Shown piece by piece: positions 39,380 through 52,014 of a stretch of 64,000 nt of DNA. Under the pieces are notes generated by a model. The model saw only the letters and a list, made by a program, of their open reading frames with translations, was not told the origin of the DNA and did no database searches. How positions within the stretch are numbered: position 1 is the stretch's first letter; every line of letters starts with the position of its first letter. This DNA is from Podarcis cretensis (lineage: Eukaryota), in assembly GCA_951804945.1 (NCBI GenBank), contig OX638166.1, positions 15,872,001-15,936,000 on the forward strand. Direction: 5' to 3'. The position numbers were made by a program, and so were the translations under genes.

Positions 39380-40356
39380 TATGTAGATATGCCCTCATAC
39401 TATGATTTGTATACACCTGTTTTATCGTGTTTTTAATATTCTGATGGGAGCCACCCAGAGTGTCTGGGGAAACCCAGCCAAATGGACGGGGTATAAATAA
39501 TAAATTATTATTATTATATCATACTAAGTTAGGTGCCCTGATAACCATAAACTGAGAAGGGTTCAGGTGTATAAGTTGGGGCTTTCACCTTTTAAAAACA
39601 CATAAAAGCTGAGACCTCGTCTTTTCTGAGTAACATGGCCCAGTAGGAGGAACCAGCATTATTATTTTTTGCCAATCTCCACTCTGCACAGTTGCTCTGA
39701 ATTTTGAACAGCAATTACAATTTTGTATGTTGATCTCTATCATGATACAAAGTTGCATGAGGAGTTACATTTAAGTGGCAATCCTAAATATGCTTACTAG
39801 GAGTAAGCTGTATTTGAACAGGGTTTCAAATATTATTATTAATGTAAATATTATTAAGACTTATATACCGTCCTTCATCAAAATATCTCAGGGCAGTTCA
39901 CAAGACAAAAAACTAGATAAAAGCACAAATACAGTTCTACCTTGGAAATTGAATGGAATCCATTCCAGAAGTCAGTTTGACTTCCAAAACGTTGAAAAAC
40001 CAAAGCAAGGCGGAAGCTCCTGCAGCCAGTCGGAAGCCCTGTCAGACGTTCGGCTTCCAAAAATAGTTCGCAAACTGGAACAGTCACTTCTTGGTTTGTG
40101 GCGTTTGGGAACTATGCTATTTGACTTTCAAGGAAGTTAAAGCAGAAGCAACAAAACAATGCCACCCCAAGCACATTTAAAAGGCTGTAGAATATTAATC
40201 AGCTCAGGGCCTGGTTCAAGAGGAACATTTTTGCCTGGCACCTAGAAATAATGATGATGCCAGGTGAAACTCCCTGGGGAGAGCATACCACAAATGGGGA
40301 GCCAATACAGAAAAGGCCTGTTCTTGTGTTTCCGCCCTCCGGACCTCTCATGGAGA

Positions 40357-40416
<60 letters not shown>

Positions 40417-40520
40417 TTATTTATTTGTACCCCACCCATCTGGTTGGGTTTCCCCAGCCACTCTGGGCGGCTTCCAACAAAGATGAAAAATACACTAAAA
40501 TGTCACATATTAAAAACTTC
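40357..40520 (-). mobile_element. L2 3' tail with expanded (TTA)n microsatellite
   Basis: (ATT)n at 40357-40414 followed by TACCCCACCCATCTGG..GGGTTTCCCCAGCCACTCTGGGCGGCTTCCAACA. Confidence 0.75.
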
Positions 40521-41777
40521 CCTGAGAAGGCACATGAAGAAAGGCCTCCGATGATGAACACAGAGTCCAGGTTGGTTTATATGGGAAGAGGCGGTCCTCT
40601 TACATGCCTTGTAAAAAAGCGTCCCTCAGTGTGTTAAAATAATGACATTAATATTTCTTTGCTTCATATGCTGCCACCACTTCTGGGTTATTATTATTTT
40701 TTGCATTCAGCCTGCATCTTTCCTTTCCTTTTTACATCTTTCAGTACTGTGTACGTTTAGGATCCTCGTACAATCTTGCGAATCAGGGCTGCAACAGGAT
40801 AACTCTGCAGTTGCACCCCCATGTCGCTTTCTAAATTTAACATAACAAAATGATGTGATTTTTGTGGCTGCAGTCCGTTTATACATGGTAACATCATGCT
40901 TTCTGACAAAAAAATAGAGAGACTTGGGCTTTCAGTGGCATCACAAATTCTAATTGTGGGGCTAAGCAGGTTGGTTGCTTGGTTGGTTGCTTGGTTGGTT
41001 GATGGATTGATTTCTAGACCGTTTAACACATAGCCTTCCAAACTGTGTGTCACGACAGGTTAGTGTGTTGGCTGCAGTGTGTAGGTGTGTCGCCATGCAA
41101 ACACTCCCCGTGCTCCTCCAGGGGCTGGAAGGTGTTTAGTTTAACCTCTGGTTTGCTAGCAAAACTTAATTACTGTGTCGTGAAACAATGCATGTCTAAA
41201 AAGTGTGTCACTGACATGAAAAGGTTAGAAAGCTCTGGTTTAACATATTAAAAGTATTTCTAAGTTGTGTCAGGGTAGAATGTATTTGTATTCAATAGTG
41301 GACATAGTTGTTTTGTTTTATAACATAATGTTTCATAAAGGTGGCAAAACCAGTGGTAGGTCACTGTGAGCAGATACAATCTCCTGTAACTACAATTCCC
41401 ATCACCCTCAGCATGGCCAGTGATCAGGGATTATGGGAGTTGTAGTCCAACATCTGGAGGATGCCATGCTGGCTGCTCTTGCTGGACAGTTTGCACCACT
41501 TGCCATCCTGAAAACTGAAGCTGATACTTTCAAACTTTGAAATATTATGGTTTGGGTTTTATTTCAATTGTGTTTGGTTACAAATGGAGCTGAAACAACT
41601 GCCTTTGTGGGAGGTGGAAAGTGATGTCAGCGGCAGAGTGAGCCTTGCTAGAAGTTCCTATTTTGCTATACAGTACTGCAGAGACTCAGCCTGACATTTA
41701 CTTTCTAACATTTCTTTGTATGAATGGATTGAAGGCGGGGAGCTTGTGTGTGCTCTCTCCCCCTCTCTTTCCCTTTC

Positions 41778-41929
41778 TATAAACCAGCCCCCAGCCTTCT
41801 GACATCACAGTCCCATAAGGAGGCAGAGAAGGAATTTGATTTCAATGAGCTAAAAAAAGGAGTCTTTGTAGGGGGTGGGGGGGTGGGAGAGGCACGCGTC
41901 TGCTTCAAAGATCCTGGGCATCAAATGAG
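41778..41929 (+). promoter_or_regulatory. AKAP2: Candidate internal AKAP2 promoter and non-coding first exon
   Basis: TATAAA at 41778-41783; Inr-like CAGT with A at 41809 (31 nt from the TATA start); ATF/CRE-like TGACATCA at 41800 and its reverse complement near 41622; strong donor GAG|GTAAGC at 41929/41930; TE-poor context. Confidence 0.55.
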
Positions 41930-43973
41930 GTAAGCTCCTGTTTCTTATTCTTTCCTTACTCTAGACAGCACAGGTTGTCCTGTCGTTAAGTGTTTTGTTC
42001 CGAAGAGTGCGTTTTATCATAAAGGCTGCAGGCAGCGTGGTTGAGGTTTAAAAGAATATGTGGCTCCCGTCTGCTGCAAACTATGCGGTAACGGTTGCAA
42101 ATGTTATGTTTCCTTTTCCTGCCTTAATAACTTAAGACACTTCTTGCTTGTCCCAACCAAAATTAATCAGTTAGATGAAGTTAGCACGAGTGGAGGAAAT
42201 GCTCTGCGCCTTTGCAACATGCAGTTTTCAGAAGTAGCCTGTAATATTTTAGGAGAAATAGGTCTCTAAATGATTGCAGACCCATTTCTGAGCTACTCGG
42301 AACAGCCTCCTTCTCCTGCTGCTGCAGTGCAGTGTAATGTACTTGGGGTTATCAGCGGGATCATGCAGCTTTCTCCTCCTTTTCAAAGGGCTATTTTAAA
42401 ACACAGCTTATACTTTTCTGCTACATGAGACCTTCTTGAGTACAGCAAATGGATACTGGAGAAACACAATAGGGGTAGCTAGCCTCTTGGGTTTGTACAG
42501 CACTTGTGAGGTCTGTTTCTCCTTTGACTTCTCTCTCGCTCTCTCCCTTTCTAATAATGCACCCATTGATATAGAGAGTGTGTTTAATTGTGTCTGAAAA
42601 AGCAAGCATAGAATGGTGCCTTTATATCACCATTCTCCAAGCTGCCTCACACTGCTTCGCTATTTCTTTTCGTTCACTTAATTTAGTAGTTAAAACACTA
42701 TTTAGGATTGTTATCCCAAGTTCTTCTTGTTACCACTTAACTTGTTCACCGATGATTTATCAGTTTGTCTGGGAAAATTATTTATCTCTCCTCTTTCCTC
42801 CCTCCCCCCCAGTTGTTTTTAGTTCTCCCCCTTCTCACTTTCTTTAAATAGCATCTGTCTTGAGTTGTTTCTTGTTGTATGATATTCTGGAAACTAGACT
42901 TACCGTCTACAGTTTTAAAAAGTGCGCATCTGTCTTAACACAATTGCCTTCGAAAGATTAGACCATTTATTTTTATATAACCATTTTGGTGTGATAATAT
43001 ATACTTCAAACAATTTTTCATTTTGCTGGTTTGGTGTGGGGGCATCTTGCTTTCAACTTACACTAACCCCTCCAAATTTTCATATATTACCCTACCAGAC
43101 TTTTAGGAGATTCTTGTTCTGAATAGTTACTTTGCAACATGCTTGTTGAGTTTGTGCCTTCCTTTCATCATCCACCTTTTCTGCCTAATGCAACATTGAT
43201 GAAAATGTGTTAATCAAATAAGTACCTTAACATAAGCCAGATGTGCTGCTTCTGACTTCATTGATGGCTTTTCATCAGGAAATGGAGAATCGGTGGCTGC
43301 CGGGAGGGAGCAGCAGGAGGAGTGGGTTGGAGAAGGGAATGTCTTATTCATTAGGATTCCTTTGGTTCCTTTTGTCCATACAAGGAGGAGAAGAGCAGTT
43401 TCTAAATCAGGCTTCCAGTGAAATGAGCTGGCCTGGGGAATGGTTGGGCGAATGGTTAAGAAAACATAGGGAAATTACTGAGCTTATACTGCTAGTTAGT
43501 CGTCACATGGTAGGTCATATGTTATAGCCCAGATACACCAATGGCATGTAAAGAATTTGACGGCATCCTGTTATACTTCCTTCTTGAAAGCAGTGTTGGA
43601 AGTCATTCTTTATTAACCTTTCCACACCCCAAAAGAAATAGCTGGTTTTGTACTTCAGATATGAGTTTTTCACTAACAGCCACTACCCTTCAAAAATGAC
43701 AAAATGCTTTGAAAACCACAGTGAGATCCCAAAGGACTTCGTGACACAGGATGTGGTCTGCTTTTCTCTCTTTTTTTTACCCTTTCAAGAAAGAAATGAT
43801 AGCACACGCAAGCTCTTTAGCATGCCCAAAGTAGCTGTTTATGCCAATTTGCTGAGTTCAGCGTCCAGCAGATCTACTTTGCTTGTTTTGCCAAGACTCT
43901 GGGCTCATCTGCACTTCCATTTGTCCCATGATTTCTTCAGTTTGTCTTGTGATTTTATAGGCGTGGGTCTGAA

Positions 43974-44618
43974 CAGTTTTCAAAATTAGCCAGGCGCATT
44001 TTGCACCTGGCTATTGGCCACTTGCGACCATGTGAAGATTCCTGGGCGCCAGGATAGCACCTGAGATCTCCACCATCTGGAGGTGCATGCCTGGGGATCA
44101 TTGGATCTGGACTGTTTTCACACACTAGCAACACATCCTGTAGAATTCTATCACTTATGTTTTGTCTGCACAATGAGAATTAATTTCTGGAACCAAATTG
44201 CTTTTTCTGTACAGCCTGAGCAGTGAACAACGTTATAGTCAGTTATTGTAGTTTGTCTTCAGTTACCCAACCCCACTGCCCTGCTCACAGTTGTAAAGAG
44301 TATTCTTACATTATGAATGGTCCATGTCACCAATTAAAAAAGAGAGGTTGGAATAGGCCAATATATAATGTGGACTGTCCCTGGATCAAGTGACTTTTCT
44401 TTTTTAAGTTTTCAAAGCTCTTAACCTAGCTCAAGGTTGTCATCCGAGCTAGCCAGATGTTTAACTGAGAACCAATCACAGTCAATCCATCATTTTAAAA
44501 GTAAGACTTTAGAGCTGTCTTCCTCAAAATGGCAACTAGACATTCTGTTTTGGCGACTGCAGCCTTGGTTTAAGGAACCATTTGGCCCCTAGCTTACATA
44601 TCTGAGTTTCTAACCCTG
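43974..44618. mobile_element. Non-autonomous DNA transposon (hAT-like), copy 2
   Basis: Colinear with 3013-3685; ends GAGTTTCTAACCCTG; degenerate 8-bp TSD GGTCTGAA/GGCCTGAT. Confidence 0.78.
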
Positions 44619-45299
44619 GGCCTGATAGGTTTTCCTTTTGTCTCACCAACTTTCCCTTGGGGAAACCCACTGTATACCTCTGAAGAAAACCTGATTGGCA
44701 TTTGTTACAATTCAACAGTAAATAACAGGTTTTCCCAGGGAAAGTGACAGGGCAAACGAAAAACCTCTTGGACCATTTTTCCCATGCTGGGACTCCCAAT
44801 ACCAGAAGTGACTGAAGACAAAGGGGCTTGGCAAGAGATGCTGAATGGAGACAAGTCATGAGAGGGGAAGAGTTTAGCTTCCTTCACCCATGTACCCATT
44901 TTGCTTTGAAGGCTGGATGTCCCTCATCCTATTACTTCCTGGCTGGGTCCATTCTGGAAAGCACAACAGTTTGGCCTTAAGGTCCCAAATGTCCAAGCAG
45001 CGGATTTTTTCTTCCATCCTGATCACTGGAAGTTCCTTCCAAAAATGTGGCCCTATTGAAACAGTTGGATGCATTTGCAAGACCCAGGTTACACAGGTTC
45101 TTGCATGACAAGAGGTTGCAAGTAATTCAAAGTTGTTGGCTGTTTTGCTTTTTGATCCCTGTACTACCTCTGTTCTGATTTCCATACAAGCTCTGCTTCT
45201 CAGACACTAAACATTTTGTGGAATAGGAATTCCAAGAAGTGGGGGGTGGGGGGAATGTGCTAATAGTTTTCAAAAGCCACAAATAGTTGCAGTTTTACT

Positions 45300-45457
45300 C
45301 AGTGGCGTAGCGTGGGGGGTGCAGGGGGGGCCGGCCGCACCGGGCGCAACATCTGGGGGTTAGGGTTAGGGATAGGGTTAGGGGGCGCAAATCCAGGGTT
45401 AGGGGGCGCAAATTACTTGCCTTGCCCCGGGTGCTGACAACCCACGCTACGCCACTG
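45300..45457. mobile_element. Young hAT-type MITE containing TTAGGG repeats
   Basis: Perfect 17-bp TIR CAGTGGCGTAGCGTGGG; exact 8-bp TSD GTTTTACT (45292-45299, 45458-45465). Confidence 0.92.
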
Positions 45458-46042
45458 GTTTTACTACAGTACATTGCATAAATGTCACTGCTACATAGCA
45501 GCTGGAATCAAAAGGCAAAACAAGGCATGTGAGTGTGGAATATGCTACACTTACTAAAAATAACTCCTACGGAGTTTTAATTCTGATTACTTCAAGATGG
45601 CATCAGTAGAACTTTTGAGCACTGAAGCTATATGCTAATGTAGTGAAACTAGTCTGTTTGCATGATCTGTTCAGAGGGGAAGGTGGATTTCCATTTCAGG
45701 AATGGGCTCCCGTAAGGACAAAAAAATAAGTCTGATTAAATTTTTGTTTGTTTTACTATCACTGGCATCACTTTTTAACTGATGGAAAGGAAGTGTGGAC
45801 TCTCAAAAGGGACTTTCGCCCCCATTGACCTAATTAGTAATTACAAGCATGTTCAAGCATGGCTTTCTGATACATTATTCAAGCCTCATCCTGTGTATTC
45901 TCAAAAGTTTATATTATCCCTCCTTCTTATTCCTATGGCAAGAGCACCCATGCTCTAGAAAGGCTGCTATCTTTCTAGATACTCATGGTCCAACTCTAGA
46001 GTCTATGTGACAGTGTGAAAGAGAAACCCTAACTGTTGAATG

Positions 46043-46362
46043 AGTGTCTCCACTCCCATCGTTCTGCTCAGACACTGAGATCCAGCTCCGAGGGCCTTCT
46101 CGGTAGTGGCGCCTGCCCTGTGGAATGCCCTCCCATCAGATATCAAGGAAATAAACAACTACCTGACTTTTAGAAGACATCCGAAAGCAGCCTTTTAGGG
46201 AAGTTTTTAATGTTTGATGTTTTATCGTGTTTTTAATATTTGCAAGTAGATAAATAGGTACCGCTCTGGTGGGAAGGTAAAGGGCGTTTCTGTGCACTGC
46301 TCTGGTTTTGCCAGAAGTGGCTTAGTCATGCTGGCCACATGACCCGAAAAACTGTCTGCAGA
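46043..46362 (+). mobile_element. L2 3' fragment fused to an internal Sauria SINE fragment
   Basis: 46043-46240 matches 48527-48780; 46241-46362 is SINE core (GCAAGTAGATAAATAGGTACC). Confidence 0.75.
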
Positions 46363-46372
46363 AAAACTTCAA

Positions 46373-46376
<4 letters not shown>

Positions 46377-46414
<38 letters not shown>
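46377..46414. repeat. (TA)n microsatellite
   Basis: Directly visible. Confidence 0.95.
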
Positions 46415-46415
<1 letters not shown>

Positions 46416-47660
46416 CAGAAGCTGCTTTAATGGTGCTATAGCTGAGTTCTGATTTACTATGCAGAAGTAATTCTCATTTATTTTACTGGGTTCTAATAGC
46501 TAATATTAGGACCTATTTTTCTCACTTTACCTGGTATTTATTTTGACCCAATAATATGTCACATTTATATGGGGCATGGTCAAGTCAGACTTAAATCTTT
46601 CCCATAGAAATCTATGAGACATCACAATGGCTAAGCATGCCCTAAACACTCCCATTGAAATAAATGACATAGAAAACTCTGGTTGCTTCATGTTTGCTTT
46701 TTTAAAAACCAGTGTTTTATTTATTCATTCAACTTCTGTATCTGCTGTTTTTAATCTTGTGTTGGTTAGAGGCTTCTGGGCAACTATTTTCATTAGCCTC
46801 TTGTACATCTGGATTTGTAAACATATGTTTTAATTAAAAGGATGGTCACAATGGCAAGACCTTCAGGAACTGTGTAATGCCATAATTGCATGTCCTGATT
46901 TTAGGGTCTAAAATTTAGGTAGTCAGATGTGTATGAGAAAATTATGTAATGGGAATATTATCAGTATGAGGTTTCTTCTCTAATTATTTCACTAACTAGT
47001 AGTCAAACTCTTTTACCTTTTTGCTTTGTGTGCTAAACACAGAATAAGTTGTGAAATGACTGCAAAGCATCATATTTTAGTAAGGCAACAAGAGCAATCA
47101 GGGAAATGGAACAAGCTTGCAAAGCAACATCTGTTTTATTTTAATAGTTCATATTGCACCAAGACTTCAGTAACAGGGCAGATGACCTTTTCTCTGTGAA
47201 CAGAGTGGCCTTGGCTTCCCATTGTTAGGATGAAACCACGTATTACATGGTTGTTTTTCTTAGAGAAAATATATTTCAGAAAGAGGCAATTTTGAGTGGA
47301 ATGGTGGTCAGGGGAGGTTCCTCCTCTCCCCCCCTCCCTCCCTCTCTATCTCTCTCTCTCTCACCATGTATGTGACTTGTAATTCTGTCAATGTAATTAT
47401 TGAGTGTAGTGACACCGACAGAGAAGAACAGTATTCGGCAGCGGTAGGCAACTTGATACCCTCCAGTTGTTCTGGATTATAATTCCCATCCTCCCTGTTC
47501 ATTGGCCATATTCGCTGTGGCTGATGGGTGCTGGAGATGAGAACATCTAGAGGGTGCTTATGGGAAAAAAGACATAACATTCCAGATCACCCCCACGGAT
47601 AAGAGATTGGGAGTGGGGTGCAAGCTCCCTCTCTCTCCCTCCCTCCTCCCCTTTCTGGTG

Positions 47661-48095
47661 TGTAATGGTTATAAGGGGTTGCTTGTGCGTAAATTACCGC
47701 CACTCCTGGCTAGGTAGCCTGGTTAAACCTGTTCTGGCTGGACAGCCCTTCACTTCGTGGCTGTTCAGTCACTAGCAGAATCCGTCAGTGGGCGTTTCTT
47801 GAACTTCTTCCAGCAAAGAAGTTCTTTGACGCCAAGTCTACGCCTACTTTCCCTGCGTGGAAGTCTTCTGCGCAGGGTGGGTGTGGGTAGCGAAGGACCC
47901 GTGCTCTCCCCGCTGGTCTCCAGCGAAGAGTCTTGGAGACCCCTCCCCGATTCTGCCATCTGCCCTCCTCTATCCCTGGTGTTACGCTGATTTCCTTCCC
48001 CAGCCGATGAGCTCCCTCTCTCCCTGCTGGGCCCCTCTCCAGCATCGCTTGAGAGCCTTGCCTCCACCTCTGGCTCCGATGTCAGTTCCCTGACA
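47661..48095 (-). mobile_element. Solo LTR, family B (Gypsy-like, 435 bp)
   Basis: TG...CA termini (TGTAA...TGACA); exact 5-bp TSD TGGTG (47656-47660, 48096-48100); GC/CpG-rich. Confidence 0.8.
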
Positions 48096-48392
48096 TGGTG
48101 TAAATTCTCTTTCTGCTTCTTTCATCACCTTTACTATGATTTATCGTTATGTGTGCATGTGCTTATTCTGAGCAAAGTCCTTTCTCCTTAGCCAGAACTG
48201 GAAGCCAGGGTTTTAAAGCAGGGTTAGGACTGAACCATGGTTAACTGTACCTAACATCTGCTTCAGCTGCTTCTCCTGTTATAAGGAGTGCTTCCACAAG
48301 TCCTTTGCCACTGCCTACACATGCTGTGTCTTGTCTATGTCCATGCTACGTATGAACCACCAGTTGGATTCCACTTGTCCATAGAAGTCCAT

Positions 48393-48797
48393 GGGAGTGG
48401 CCACCGAGACCTTATAACTCCGGTCCTGAAAGACCTTCATTGGCTCCCAGTACATTTCCAAGCACAACTCAAAGTGTTGGTGCTGACCTTGAAAGCCCTA
48501 AACGGCCTCGGTCCAGTATACCTGAAGGAGCGTCTCCACCCCCATCATCCAGCCCAGACACTGAGGTCCAGTGCCGAGGGCCTTCTGGTGGTTCCCTCGC
48601 TGCGAGATGTGAGGTTACAGGGAACCAGGCAGAGGGCCTTCTTGGTAGTGGCGTCTGCCCTGTGGAACACCCTCCCATCAGATGTCAAGGCAATAAGCAA
48701 TTATTTTACTTTTAAAAGACAACTGAAGGCAGCCCTGTTTAGGGAAGTTTTAAATGTCTGATGCTGTATTGTTTTTAATATTCAGTTGGAAGCCACT
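48393..48797 (+). mobile_element. 5'-truncated L2 LINE (ORF2 C-terminus)
   Basis: Translation ITPVLKDLHWLPVHFQAQLKVLVLTLKALNGLGPVYL...RAF...ALWNTLP is the typical L2/CR1-group ORF2 end. Confidence 0.88.
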
Positions 48798-49857
48798 CTT
48801 GCAGGCAGAGTCCATTGATATGTCTATATAAGCAAACCCCGAAGCCCTTCATGAAAATCATCCAGTGTTTTTTTGCAGGGAGGAAAGAAATCTTGAGAAG
48901 CATCTCATCTAGTGTCCTTAGGTAGTGATATTACTGGCCAAACAGTAGGCAGCAGAGGGAATAGCATTCATCACTTCTTTTGCTCAGAGAAGTAATGGGT
49001 TACAGCCCAGTGCACATTCGCCTTTGCTGCAGTGTGTTCAAGCGCTAAGGAAGCATATTTTTTTTTCCAGCTTGCAGTGTGCCTGTTCTTGATCACTGTT
49101 CTAAACTGATGAGAGTTTTTGTTCTATATAAACAATGGTCTGATAGCTTTATTGGCCAGAGGCTAAGGTGATGTTTGATGTGTCACTGGGAGATCTGCGA
49201 ACATGTCAAAACTGTGAATGTTTATACGGAAGCACGTTTGTCTGTAATGCAACATATCCAGGAAAGGAGACAGGGAAATAACCCCTCATGGTCCTGTGTA
49301 GTCGTAGTATCTGTAGAAGCGTCAGAACTCTCAGATCTTGCAAGACTATATATTCGTTATTATAGAAATCACAGAACACTAGAGTTGGAAAGGACCACAA
49401 AGTTAATCTCTTTTCAACCTCTCTTTCACTCAAAGTGGGGCTCAAACCCACAACCCTGAGATTAAGAGTCTCGTGCTCTACCAGCTGAGCTATATGAGCA
49501 GCATTCAAACTGATAAAAATGGCTCTGTTGCAATAAGCGGTGGCAGGGGAACCTCCCTTAAAAGCTCCCATTTGCACTAAATGCAGCTTTTTTCTTATGT
49601 TCATTGCAGAGGGGGGATTTTTGTCAGGAACATGCCTAGGAAGGTTAAAGCCCCCCTCTCTAACACCGTTGTCCTAACGAGAATCTTCCCTCAACACTAC
49701 AAATAAAATTAAATCCCAGACATGGTTGCTAAACATGAAATAAAAGTAATGTCCTTTTTAACTGTTAGTTTGCTAACTGTCGCTAGATCATAGCCATATT
49801 TGGCATCCAGTATCTAAACTGGGGGGAAACCAAAGAATGTGACTCCTTACATGCGGT

Positions 49858-50503
49858 TTGCATTCACAGTCCCTACTATCAATGGGCCTCATTAAAGCAA
49901 AGAGTCTAATTGGCCAGCGCCTGAAAGACATTGAACGGCAAAACAACCTGACCATCTTAAAGAAACTGTGCCCATGGTATACCTACTTTCCCCCTTCTCA
50001 TTTTGACTCCCCAGCCTCATATTTGTCTAAATTAACCATCCCAAAATACAGACGTGCCTTTACATTGGCTAGATGGGATGTTCTTCCTTCTGCCGTACTC
50101 GAAGGTCGTTACCAAAAGACTCCATTTGAAAAACGACTCTGCCCATGTGGAGATGGTAACACGGAAACAGTGTCCCATGTCCTTCTATCCTGCCCTATTT
50201 ACAAAGACCTAAGGAATGAGATTATTACTCCACTTATTCTCTCCAACCCCGGCCGTTCACCAGACATTACACTGTATTTTCTCTTATCTGATACGGATAG
50301 TCAGATAACAGAGAAGGTCGCGAGGTACATCGAGAGAGCTGTGAAATTGAGGGCCACCATCTGAGTGACAGACTTGTTCATCTGACGGACCCCCTTTTGC
50401 CTGTTCTTTTCTTCTTTTTATTCTTATTTTTATTTTATTTTTAATTCTTGTCTAGCTGTGGCCTGTTGGCTTTGCTAATAAAGTTTTGATGATGATGATG
50501 ATG
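49858..50503 (+). mobile_element. 5'-truncated non-LTR retrotransposon (RTE-X-like): ORF C-terminus, 3'UTR and (GAT)n tail
   Basis: 168-aa open frame with YRRAFTLARWDVLPSAVLEGRY...RLCPCG...ETVSHVLLSCPIY (CCHC knuckle); AATAAA at ~50477 then (TGA)n. Confidence 0.75.
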
Positions 50504-52014
50504 ACAACTGCAAATTGAATATTTTAAATGCAAACACAAATTCTGCAATTGCAGGGGTTTTTTCCTTGATTTGTTTTGGTTCTAATTTCAAGCCGCATTT
50601 TTAGTTTCGTTATTTTGCTTGTAATAAAACTTTTCAAAAGAGCAATGTTTAATTTATGTCCTGATTTCTGCAAGATACTGCACACTTTCAACATATAGGT
50701 CTTTCATTCATTGCCTTAAAAAAAAACACCAACCACCCCTTCCTTTCTATTTAGTAGGGGCATAAGAAATCAAGGAGAGAGAGTGTGTTTTTCAGACCTT
50801 GTGCCATATTTATTAATAGCTACAGAAGTTGCAGTTCATAATAAAGAAGCTATTGTGAATCAGCAGTGTGGTTCACAGTCCTAACTTGTCATTTTAATTT
50901 TGAAACCTTTTAATTCCTTAGCCATGCCAAATTCCCTCAGGATGTAAATAGATCTGTAGTGGGTTCTAAACCTTTACACTAAAACATTAATTCTTTTTCA
51001 GCATGTGCTATTTTTCAGTTATATTTGAGTGTTTATCCTGATCTCATATTTCTTCCCCGAACATCAAAATGCAGTATTTTCAATACCAGTCTTTCAAATA
51101 AGTAAACAGATGTTACCAGCCCATTAAAAAGTTTCATTAAACCAACTCCCTACCTATACTAAATTTAATCATTTGTAGCCTTAAAGAAGGAGAGGAGTGA
51201 ATGAATAGAATTTTCCTGCTTGGTCACCTGGAGACTTTGTTTTTCACCACAGGTGACCAGATAGGTGAGTGGTTGCAATGCATTCTATCTAATTGTGCCC
51301 TTATGTGAAAGGAAAAAGTCTTTCCATAAACAGAAAAGCTTTTGATTTAACTGAAAGGGGAAGTGATATTTGCTGACTTCCTCTGCAGACTTCTACACCA
51401 CCTTCCACAATCCCATGAAATTGGTTTTCAGGGTCTGGAGGAGGGTATAAGGGGAAGGTGAATGTGAAAATTACCTCTCTCTTGCACAATGCCCTTCCAT
51501 TCACAGAAAGGGACAATTGGATCCCACCCTTTATCCAGTATTCTGGAAGAATCTCCTTATTTGTGAAGTGTAAATTAAGGTTCTAGTTCTGAGGAATCTT
51601 CTAAATCAAGGTTTCCCAAACTTGGGTCTCCAGCTGGTTTTGGACTACAACTCCCATCATCCTTGACCACTGATCCACTTGCCCAGAGGAGCTTTCCTTG
51701 AACAGCAGCCCAGCAAGCCATATTTGAAATTTGCATGAATGCTCAAAAGTGATTGTGATTGAGTTTGAGGTGGGAGGGAGAGAGAAAGATAGAAGTCTGT
51801 TGCTTAAAGAAAGTGTTCAAGAATTTGGTTGTGCCTAAAGTGGTACTGTGGGTTTTGGCCTATTGTATTTATCCAAGCTATGACGCAAAAGTTCAGAAAC
51901 CCAAGTTGTAATTTCTCAAAGTGACAATACCCGAAAGACTGCCCCCCATAGCCCTGTAAGATCACACATATCTTCTGGTGAAATTCTCTTTGTGGCACTG
52001 CACCCTACAGAATA

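Noticed and set aside
40242-40637. Poly-Ile/poly-Tyr ORFs
   Set aside because: Translation of the (ATT)n microsatellite.
1-41700. PALM2 coding exons or an upstream coding AKAP2 first exon
   Set aside because: No paralemmin-like peptides seen; these exons presumably lie upstream of the window. Very small exons could be missed.
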